Below are positions 50,401 through 60,518 of a stretch of DNA of 64,000 nt, piece after piece (positions within the stretch are counted from its first letter, which is position 1; every line of letters begins with the position of its first letter). The DNA is from Macrostomum lignano (taxonomy: Eukaryota), in contig NIVC01000260.1 in NCBI GenBank assembly GCA_002269645.1, positions 62,001 through 126,000 of the forward strand. The letters run 5' to 3'. Below the pieces are notes generated by a model. It was not told where the DNA came from. It saw only the letters and a list, made by a program, of their open reading frames with translations, and ran no database searches. The position numbers and the translations under genes are program-made.

Positions 50401-53400
50401 GTTGGATTTCGCTCAGATTGCTGTAGCCGCGAATTGAATTTGCCAGCTGGGACAGCGACGAGTCGATTGAGTCCCACTGGGCCAGCAGCTGGCTGCCGTT
50501 GAGCTGGCTCAGCGACTCCGCGATGTACTTGTCGAACTGGAGAGAACAAAACCATTGAGATAGCACTGCACCTTAATAATACTGGCCTCCCTTGCATTTC
50601 CAACTTATCTCTATAGGTCCTTCCCTGCATCTCAAACTCTTCCATCCGTGCATCTCAAACCCTTCCATCCCTGCATCTCAAACCTTTCCATCCCTACATC
50701 TCAAACACTTCTCACCCTTCATCTCAAACCCTTCTCTCCCTTCATCTCAAACCCTTCTCTCCCTTCACCTCGGTTTTGATCCCTTCATCTCGGTTTTGAT
50801 CCCTTCATTTCGAACCTTCCCTTCGATCAAACAAACAATCCCTTCATCTCACCATCTCCATGCCGGCAGTGCTAACATTAGCCAGCGCAGCCTCTGCCTC
50901 CATCAGCTTCAGCAGCGCAGCCGTGTCGTTGACTCCCCGCAGCCTGGCTAGCAGATCCTCAAGGCTCTGCCGGCCAGCGGACTCGGCGGTCTGGTCCACG
51001 CCGGCCACCCGGTGAACAGTCTCGTTCACCAGTCGGCAGTCATCGAGGCTGGCCCCCGTCGGGCAGGCAAACTGCGGCTGAGTCAGATTGGTCCGAACCT
51101 GATCGTAGCTGGCATTCAGAGCGGCCAGGCCTGTGGCATAGGTGCCCACAGCCGATATGTAGCGCTCGGTGCTGTTTCTGGCCAGGCGCAGCTGCTCGAT
51201 GGCGTCTCGGACGGCGGCGAACGCGCCGGAAGCGTCGATGCCGGTCCCGTTGACGTCGCCGGCCAGACGGGCCTGCAGGCGAGTCAGGGTGGCGTTGGCC
51301 CGCGGTCGGAGGGCCTTGGTCGCGTTCTCGACAGCCTGTGGCGTGGCGTTGCGGCCCCGGTCGGCGGCGGAGTCCAGCAGGCCGGCCGTGGCATCCGCGG
51401 AGTCGGCGAATTCGTTGAAGACGCGGCCGGCGCTGAGCTGGTCGCGAAGCTGCTGATTGGCCAGCAGGGCGAAGACGCAGCCGAATCTGATGGAGCGGAG
51501 GGTGCAGTCTCCCACTGAATCTGGGATTATTGCTGAGATTCTCCCGGAATCTCTTTATGTAACTGTGTGCAAGAAAAATAATCCTATCGCCGGACTATCA
51601 AAAATTTCATAAGGAGATTATCCTACAGACAAGAAATCTCAAATCTCATGGGGAGATTATCCTAAAGAAAAGAAATCTCAAATCTCATGGGGAGATTATC
51701 CTAAAGACAAGAAATCTCGTGGCGAGATTATCCCACAGACAAGAAATCTCATGGGGAGATTATCCTAAAGACAAGAAATCTCATTGGGATATTATCCTAC
51801 AGACAAGAAATCTCATGGGAGATTATCCTACAGACAAGAAATCTCATTTAGAGATTATCCTACAGGCAAGAAATCTCATTTAGAGATTATCCTACAGACA
51901 ACAAATCTCATGGGGAGATTATCCTATAGACAAGAAATCTCATGGGGAGATTATCCTACAGACGAGAAATCTCATGCAGAGATTATCCTGCGGACAAGAA
52001 ATCTCATTTAGAGATTATCCTACAGACAAGAAATCTCATGCAGAGATTATCCTGCGGACAAGAAATCTCATTTAGAGATTATCCTACAGACAAGAAATCT
52101 CATTTAGAGATTATCCTACAGGAATGAAATCTCATTTACAGAGTATATCCGACGGACAAGAAATCTCATTTACAGATTATCCTACAGACAAGAAATATCG
52201 TTCCACTTCCGCACTATGCACTAGACAGCAAATCCACACAATTAACCAGAAAGCACAAAACCCTACTCCAAGAAATTACGCAGCAAAATATACCATTAAT
52301 TTTTGCCCCGTCCTTTAATTAATTAACTCAAATAATAAAATCTCTCCGCATTAGGAATATCTATTAACCCGCCCACAATTCTGACAATTTTCTTATATAA
52401 GCCGATTTGAGCAAACAAACAGCCCCCCATAACTAAGATCCTTCCTAACATTTATAGCCGCGCAGATAACTTGACCAAAAAATGTACAGCTAAGATACAT
52501 TTGCATTATATAGATACATTCGGCGAATCGAATTTGCCTTATCAAATTTGCACGCAAATTCTTTTTCAATACTAACACTTTTCACACTGAGCCTTAGAAG
52601 GAGAGAATTTGGATTGCGGACCTATATTTGCTGGTATGCGTCCCCCGCCCTAAGCTTTTGCAAGCAAGAGAGAGCAATGTTTTTTTCTTTCTGCTTCGAT
52701 AAGACCCGAGATAAGAAAGAAATTTTGCCTGAAATTCTCGAGCTCTTCTCAGTGTCTGGGGCATTGCAGATGCTACTGGGCTGAAATGTTAAGTTGAGAC
52801 AAAAACTTCAACTACACGATATGTAGAGAAAAACAACTTGGTAAAGCATAAAATATCCTTTAGACGGTATGTAGAGAAAAACAACTTTGTAAAGCATAAA
52901 ATATCCTTTCGACGATATGTAGAGAAAAACAACTTGGTAAAGCATAAAATATCCTTTAGACGATATGTAGAGGAAAACAACTTGGTAAAGCATAAAATAT
53001 CCTTTAGACGATATGTAGAGAAAAACAACTTTGTAAATCATAAAATATCCCTTAGACGATATGTAGAGAAAAACAACTTTGTAAATCATAAAATATCCCT
53101 TAGACGATATGTAGAGAAAAACAACTTTGTAAATCATAAAATATCCCTTAGACGATATGTAGAGAAAAACAACTTTATAAAGCCGAAAATATCTTTTAAT
53201 ATTACGAAAATGCAGCGATATGTAGCGAAACTAAAACATTGTTACACTGAGGCTGCAATTTCTGTAGCGTGGGAAAGAATTCAGTAAAAAAATATAAACT
53301 GCTGAAACACTCACAGCATAGCGGTGGCAAACATCAGCAGCAACAAGCCGTAGAGTCCCCGCCTGCAGCTGGAGCCCTTGCTCTCCATGTAGTTCAGCCT

Positions 53401-54196
53401 GCCACCGCACTTGTTGCAGCAGCAGCGGCAGCAGCAGACACAGCAGCCAGCCAGCGGCACAAATATAATTAGGAAAGCGCCAATGCAAATTAGAATTGAA
53501 TAACCAAGATAGCTGTTCATCCATTGCCGAGTGAGCTGCAGCGATTACATGAAACAGGAAGAATTAATTATGCTTGATGACGGACCAATAGCGCCAGACC
53601 TGCGTAACACCGTCAATTAATAAGCAAGCTAAATTAAAAACAACGTAAGACTTACCGAATTCCAATTGTCTCTAAGTAAATCCGAGGTATTGCCGGCTAA
53701 AAAAATGAACAATATTTATTTTAAAAGCTTTTGAAAAAATCTCTTCCCCCAAGTGTACACACTCTGACTGAAAATCTCTTCCCCCCCCCCAAATGTACAC
53801 ACTCTGACTGAAAATCTCTTCCCCCCCCCAAATGTACACACTCTGACTGAAAATCTCTTCCCCTGAAATGTACACATTGATTGAAGATCTCTTCCCCCAA
53901 AATGTACATACTGCCAGTTTAGAAAACCTTGCTCGAAATTTACATAGGAAACATCATTAATAAAATAAAGCAGCAAATTAGTAACTTAACTCACTAATCA
54001 GTATGGGCACAATGTCCTTCAGTAAGACAGATTTTTCAGGCGGTTGAATCGCGTCCAAAAATGCTTCAGTTGCACTGTACAGCGGCCTGAGCGACTGTTC
54101 CAGACTGCTGGCGGAAGACATAGGCGCTAAGCAGCAGCAAAGCAGCGCTAGAAGCAGAAGCATCGAAGCAGACAGATTGCAAGCCGATGACAACAT
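47422..54196 (-). CDS. prom: Prominin (CD133-like pentaspan glycoprotein), at least 835 aa; exons 54196-53995, 53696-53656, 53535-53315, 51486-50853, 50536-50107, 49117-48729, 48011-47422; terminal exon(s) not located
   Basis: Signal peptide; TM1 followed by Cys-rich GCCVCCCRCCCNKCGG; TM2; large loop; TM3-TM4 with GCCNRGVGANFLLAAV; second loop with C...PYNGFWSGFGLC...FVLAIKLANLYRK. Intron phases 1,0,2,0,1,0,2 are all GT-AG and frame-consistent. Confidence 0.92.
48070..48670. repeat. ~24-25 bp intronic minisatellite AAAATATCCCA(C/T)TCCT(G/A)AATCCCC
   Basis: About 24 copies in a prominin intron. Confidence 0.9.
49120..50062. repeat. Intronic GGTAGATA-based compound satellite
   Basis: Fills nearly the whole prominin intron 49118-50106, up to the acceptor. 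Confidence 0.92.
50600..50830. repeat. Degenerate intronic repeat CATCTCAAACCCTTC
   Basis: About 9 copies in prominin intron 50537-50852. Confidence 0.75.
51615..52195. repeat. ~32-bp intronic minisatellite GAGATTATCCTACAGACAAGAAATCTCAT(TTA/GGG)
   Basis: About 17 copies; the unit is partly self-complementary (GAGATT...AATCTC). Confidence 0.92.
52815..53195. repeat. 48-bp intronic tandem repeat CGATATGTAGAGAAAAACAACTT(G/T)GTAAA(G/T)CATAAAATATCC(T/C)TTAGA
   Basis: About 7.5 copies; gives the 16-aa periodic ORFs. Confidence 0.93.
53735..53900. repeat. ~38-42 bp intronic repeat TGAAAATCTCTTCCCC(n)AAATGTACACACTCTGAC
   Basis: 4-5 copies in the first prominin intron. Confidence 0.85.
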
Positions 54197-55699
54197 TCCA
54201 ATTATTCTGCCTCTTCTAATCCTGCTCGTTTCAATCTGCTTTGGCTGCGGTTACTAATAATAGCTCGATGGTTCTCTTTGGCGCACTGAAATGCGGACAG
54301 AATGGCTTAGAGAAAAACAACTGACAGAAACCTGTCGAGCTGAGCGATAAAAAGCGAGCAGGGGTATTTTTTATGCAGGAAGGGAGAGAGATTCTAGCTA
54401 TTTCTGCATGCGATAAAACGAGCTCAATGATTGGTTCAATATGCGCGCATAATGTAGGCGCCTAAATGCACATTGTTCCAAACCGAAGGACATATTTAGA
54501 ATGTGCAGTTAGTAAGCATTTGGCTACACAATTGCCCAGCTCTAGCTCTATACACTAAAAAATAGTCAACATGCCCAGAAATGAATAAGCAGAGCTGGAA
54601 ATTACCCAATGCTAAATCTAAATAATTATAGTCTCTAGAAATATGAAGCAACTAGCATTAAATTATAAAAAATAAGGAACTACCTAAACTAGTACATTTG
54701 GTACTTGTTAGTTCGAAAAGGGCATTCACGATGATTAAATACACGAGTCCACATGTAGGAAGGGAGAGATCCCATGGCTCATCCGGTTCCTCCGGGCCAC
54801 CAAGCGAGCCTCCGTCTTCCCCACCGAAGACAACGCTGCAGACAGGACCGGCAGACCTCCCTGACCGGCCCCGCGCCCTAGCCTATGCGGGTCTTTCAGG
54901 GATTAGCGGAATGGGCGACGCTCGCCTCCCCGCTGCGTCTTCGGACCGCCCTGCAGCTAAGTCAAGTTAAGTAAGCCACATGTAAATACTATCAACATAG
55001 TAAGAAAATGTTTCGATGTTAAGCTCTATATAAATCATTACATAATAATAAAATGGCAAAGCGTAGGCCCATACTTGATCATCAACTCTAGTGGTGTGTG
55101 CCCATTGGCTGCCTGAAACTTTTGACAACTTGGCAGGATTCAAAGATTTCACTCGATTCTTCAGTCTTGGCCTAGAAGAGTTTTAGATGCTAGTGATGAT
55201 TGCCATTGATAGAAAGTAATATTAGAGCTGACAACATTTCTGCTAGGTTTCCAAAGTTGCCACCTTCTCTAATACCGCAGCAAACTTGGTAGAAAGCAAA
55301 CTGTATAATGTATAGCTCACTGAGTGAATATATCTCTTTTGTTCTCATTGAGTACTTCCTCAGTATTAATCTCTTCCCTCTAGTAGAGACCAGCTGACAA
55401 TTCAATGTAAAGTCGAGTCGATTTTTCAAGTCATGGGACCTTACAGTAGCAGTCTAATAATTTCAGCAGTTATAATAGCTGTCATAACCATAAATTATGC
55501 TGTTGAAACCAATGGGCTTTGTGCTGTGACAGCCAACTCAGGGAGTAGACTTTAAGAAATGCAAACTTGGTTGTGAATTTGTCTAGCAGGGAATTATAAG
55601 CATAAAAGACTTAAAGAAGTAGTTATTATATTAGGTAGCAGCTGACAGCTGACAGAATATATTCTATACGAGAGGAACTCCTCCTATGGAGGAGAAAGG

Positions 55700-56375
55700 G
55701 GAAGAACTCCCATCGCCGGAATTCCATCTTCCTCTCTGCTCTCTCCTCACTCTTCCCATCTTCCTCTCTCCTATCCTCTATTTCCTCTCCTTTCATCTTT
55801 TCATCATCATCTTTCACCTTTCATCATCTCGTCTTCTCTTTCTTCCTCTCGTCCCTCGATTCTCTCTCCTTTCTTTTCTCCTCTTTTGTATTCTCTCTCC
55901 CTCTCTCCTTTCTCTCGTCTCTACTCTCTTATCTATCATCTCTCCTTTGTGCGCTCTCATTTCTACTCTCTTTCTCCTCTCTACTCTCATATCTCTCCTG
56001 TCTACTCTTTCCTCTATTCTCTCCTCTCTGCTCTCTCATCTCTACTCTCTCCCCTCTTCTTTCCTTTCTGCTCTCATTTCTTATACCTCCCATATTTGCT
56101 CTACCCTCTCCTTTCTCATCTCTCATTTTTCTTCTCCCGTCTTCTCTCTCATCTCTTCTTTCTCCTCTCTCCTCTCACTTCTTCCCTCTTTCCTCTCTCT
56201 TCTTTCCTCTCTGTTCTCTTATATTTCCTCTCTTTTCTCTCTCCTCTCTTTTCTCTCCTTTCTTCCCTTTCCTATTCTCTATTCTCTCCCTCTTCATTCC
56301 TGCCTCACTACCCTACTCTCTCCCTTCTGTCATTTCTATCATCTCTCCTCTCTTCTCTCTACTCTCTTTTCTGAC
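55700..56375. repeat. CT-rich low-complexity tract
   Basis: Almost purely C/T on the + strand; source of the Leu/Ser-rich artefact ORFs. Confidence 0.9.
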
Positions 56376-56785
56376 TGACTGAAGGCGCCGATAATAAAAC
56401 CGCTTCTTGGCTGCCGATGCAGCATGTCTAGAACGAGAAATATTTACGCGTTTCGGCATTTTTGATTAATAAAAACGCTAGTAGATAATAAGCAAAAGAA
56501 AGCAAACTGCTGTGGGTCGAGTTATTTTATATTATAAATTGTATGATATTCTATTGAATCAGACAGACTTTTGATTTTGAGTAAAGACTCCTCTTCTGCC
56601 TTTTTAGGGATCTTAAAATGTGAAAATTAAAAATTAAAATAGCCTTTTGCCTTTTCCGGAAGATTTGCAGTTTTTCCATCTAATTTTCAATGCTGAGTTG
56701 CAAGTAGCCTAGGAGAAAAGTTGCAACACACAGACAAACAAAAATCGCTAGATTTTTTTTTACATTTATGAGCTAGATTAGATTA

Positions 56786-56929
56786 CCTAGATGGGCCACT
56801 CCAGCCGCCTGGCGGCAGCGCGAAAACCCAGGAGGTTTTGACCATAGACTGTAGCTTCTGCTGCCCTCAAGACATTAGCAGAAGCTGGTGTCTGTGGCCC
56901 TAACCCCTGGGCTTTTGGGGCCATCTAGG
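56786..56929. mobile_element. Small MITE with TA target duplication (Tc1/mariner-derived type), ~144 bp
   Basis: TA|CCTAGATGGGCC ... GGCCATCTAGG|TA. Confidence 0.7.
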
Positions 56930-57259
56930 TAATATAGAATCTTTAAACCACTTTAAAGCTCACTTTCAGGGAGGTTATTGACATAGATTTGATTTTGTGG
57001 GATTTAATCAATCACTTTCCCGGATATATTGCAAGGATTATTGTATGTATCTAAATAAGCGAGCTTCTCTCTTCTCTTTCATCGTGACTTGAGAAATTTC
57101 TCAATGAAATTTTGTCTATGGTAGGAATGTGGGGGCTTCGCCCCCACACCCCCAGCAGGGGCTTCGCCCCCACACCCCCATCCCCAACTTCAACCATAGA
57201 CATACAAGTATGGCTCCGGGATTTATCTGAATGCATCCCACAAAATTAAAGTAGTTTAA

Positions 57260-57382
57260 ATAAGATATTCTATGGATTTTTCAGTCGGTATTTCACTTAA
57301 ATCCTGAGAGCCTTCATATTTCACTTATTTCGGCTCTCGGGATTTAATCACATACCGACCTCAAACCCATAGAATATCTTAT
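57260..57382. repeat. Long imperfect palindrome (foldback/MITE-like), ~123 bp
   Basis: ATAAGATATTCTATGG..GTCGGTAT..TTAAATCC.GAGAGCC pairs with GGCTCTC.GGATTTAA..ATACCGAC..CCATAGAATATCTTAT. Confidence 0.85.
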
Positions 57383-60300
57383 ACGTGTTGTTAGGGACAG
57401 TGCTGTCTTTAAAAGTCACCAGTCTTTAAACAGTTGGACAGAACACGCTTAGACCATAAATTTGATCGCCTTCAAGAATCAAGGAAGCAATTGGGGGATC
57501 GCTTCTGGCAGCTGCTATATATCGTGGCAGTTGCGCAAACACAATTGCCTGTAAATTATGTGGATCATCAGCATAGCTTTTGTTCTCCCATCCACTGGAC
57601 CCCAAGGTAAAAGAAACCAAGCTTTAACCCGTGGGGTGCGCCCAGCCCTCGCCAATAGTTTGGCAGGTTCACAGAGGACACATTGGCGACCCTCATCTGG
57701 TCAATATCTAGGATGAAAGGGCGAAGATCACGGATGTTGTCCAGGGTGGTCAGTATGCACTGTGGTCTCCTCTCTTATGAAACAGAAAAGACAGGCGGTT
57801 GTTGGTGCTTGCTAGGATGGTGCTTGCTAGGCACCATCAAGGACCCCAGCAGTGCTGCAGCCTCAGTGTTTTATCAGGAAATCAACTTGATTAGGAAGTT
57901 TGGAGCTAATAGATTGGTATAAGACCTTGTTATCTCATCCATATTGCGAGACAACTGGAACTTGCCGCTGTCTGCCAAATCTATCCAAACCGACTTGGCG
58001 GGGCTTTTGCCACGTGATGTGAATAGATAAGACACAATGATTTAAGAGGATTCTTTGCAAGTATTAGATGAAATATTCTTTAATAATGTTAGCATACCAT
58101 GCTTTGAGTGCGCATTTGAGATTAGAGATTCAAGCTTCCAGATCCTGTTGTTCCTAAGCCAGGAGCATAGCTTATGAGTATCGTCGATGAACTCAAGGCT
58201 ATTATTGGGCATGAGCAGTTCTAGAACACCAAAGCATATGAAAACTACCAAAGTAGAAATTTGGCTTTTATTTGAAAATGCTTTAAATGCTCCAGTTGGA
58301 GTATGAATCATTAGCTCTTGAAACAAATGCAGAGTTCCATGTGGAGTTTTTGGAATGGTGCATTTGAGATAGGCCATTTTTCTCTTAGAGTGTGTTATTA
58401 ATCAAATTGGTATAAAAATGCAACAATATTTGTTATTAAGTCCATTTTCGATGGTGAGCTTGTCAGAGACCTTTGCAAAGAACTTTTCAACTTGAAAAAA
58501 TGACTTCCAGTTATAAGACTAAACTATTTTTATGGTAGGTTGAAAAAATTAGTATAGATATAATAAACATAGAAATATTGTTGTATTGGGTTTTTATTAT
58601 TAATAAAAAGTTGTATCTAAAAAGCCTTCTTATACCATTTTTAGATACAAAAACTAGACATTGTATTTTTGTTAGACAGGCAAATCTTGACAGGCAATTC
58701 ACTCATAGGCAAAATGCATTGCAAGCAATTCTCGGCGGGCAAATCACAAGGGGAAAATCTCCTATACTACAGGCAAATCTTAGTGGGCAATTTGTCTGTA
58801 GGCAATTCTCATAGACTCATATATTAATTAGGGTCTAAGTCTAATGTCTAACTAATCCAGCATTTAAAGCCATTTGAGTTCTTGGTCAAGTTTTGTTTGA
58901 AAGGCCAAATAATTTGAGTGAAGGTGAAGCTAAGTTTGCTTAGTATAGTAATTTAATGTACAATTTACAATTTTTAAATGAAAATTATCATTTAAAAATT
59001 AATAAATTTAAAGAAGAAATCATATATCTATTCTAGATATGGATTATTTCGCACATTTTTGAATAGATCAACCTTAAAGTTCTTTTCTACTTAAAAGTGC
59101 CATTTGCTTTCCCGGCTTCCCCTTTGTTAATGTTTTGCCTTCAGAAACCCATATCTAATTAGCTAAATATATCACTGCCAATTTTAATGATTGCGCCAGA
59201 CCCAACTGATAAGAAAACTCACTCCGCCCCACTGCCCAGATAATTACTCTATTTAACTTGCGCAACCATTAAAAGGGGGGTATAATAAAAATTCTGGATG
59301 CTGGCAGACAGCCTAGGCCTACCCCAGCTAGTAAATATGCTAAAGACAAGATTTAATTCCCATTATACATGTAGTTGAAAAATTAATAATACCAATACAA
59401 TATGAAATTATATCATTCCATGTGAGTCACCATGTATTACTACAATTCCTATAAATTTAAAGTAAAAATGTATTCTACAATAGTACTATTACTCTACTAT
59501 ATGCTTGTATACTGAATTACTTATGACGATAAGTAACATTTAATTTGCACAGGTAAGGTTTACAAGCTGAATTTTAAACATCAGTTTCTTCGGTCTAGCT
59601 AAAGACGACCTACCTACCTTTCAAAATGCTATTAATAGAAACAATTTTGCCTCATCAGGTGCTTCGAAGAAATTTAAGTTTTTAGATAACTAAAAACTTT
59701 CGATACTAAAATGTATCGAAAAGTAAGTTTTTTAAATTTATAGTTTTCTATTTAAAAATGTTTTTTTGATTGAAAACTAGCTGTATATATAAATTAATAA
59801 AATAATATATACATAATTCTTTGTTTAAATGCGTTTTAGTATTTTAACTTCGGCGAAGTTAAGCCGTTGCTAAACGCGCTGCAGGAGATACTTCTGCCTT
59901 ACTACTACATTTCCACAAAAAATCAAAGGTACAAAAAATAGTAGAAAGTAAAAGTAAGGTTAAAGCTATTACGAAGCATAAAAACGTTAACGTTTTGCCT
60001 TCAGAAACCCGTGCCTAATTAGCATACACGGCTACACAAGGACGACTTAGGTGGGACACGACACCCGTATATTTTTCTGAAAATCGTCCTTAGTCTCCAA
60101 AATGCAGCTGTTTGTTTCTACAATACATCTTTGATTAAGCAAAACATGTGTATCTAGTTTGCTAAACTAGGAAATTGCGAGAATTTGACTTCTGATTCGC
60201 AATCACAAATAATGTCTTGACAGCTACATGTATTAAAGTAATTTTCGCAATGCACTGGTAACATACATATAAATGCGAACATTTAGCTTGTAAATATTTT

Positions 60301-60518
60301 GATGCTAGAAACCAATACCGAAAAATTTGTATCGAAATTAATGTATTTATTTAGGCTTTAACAAATTAAAACCTAATTTAAACGAAGCTATCAATGCCAA
60401 AACAGTTAGAATTACTGCTTTTAATATTTATTAAAATGCCAAAAACTCATCAGACTTACTGCAGCACTAATACAAAAGCTTTTCGGATAACAGTTTCTTA
60501 ACAACTGGAACTGAATCG

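Noticed and set aside
53536-53600. Possible extra prominin micro-exon VWRYWSVIK
   Set aside because: No GT donor and an in-frame TAA follows; a single intron 53655-53536 joins the flanking exons in frame.
55686-56378. 230-aa and 162-aa Leu/Ser-rich 'membrane protein' ORFs
   Set aside because: Translation of a pure CT low-complexity tract.
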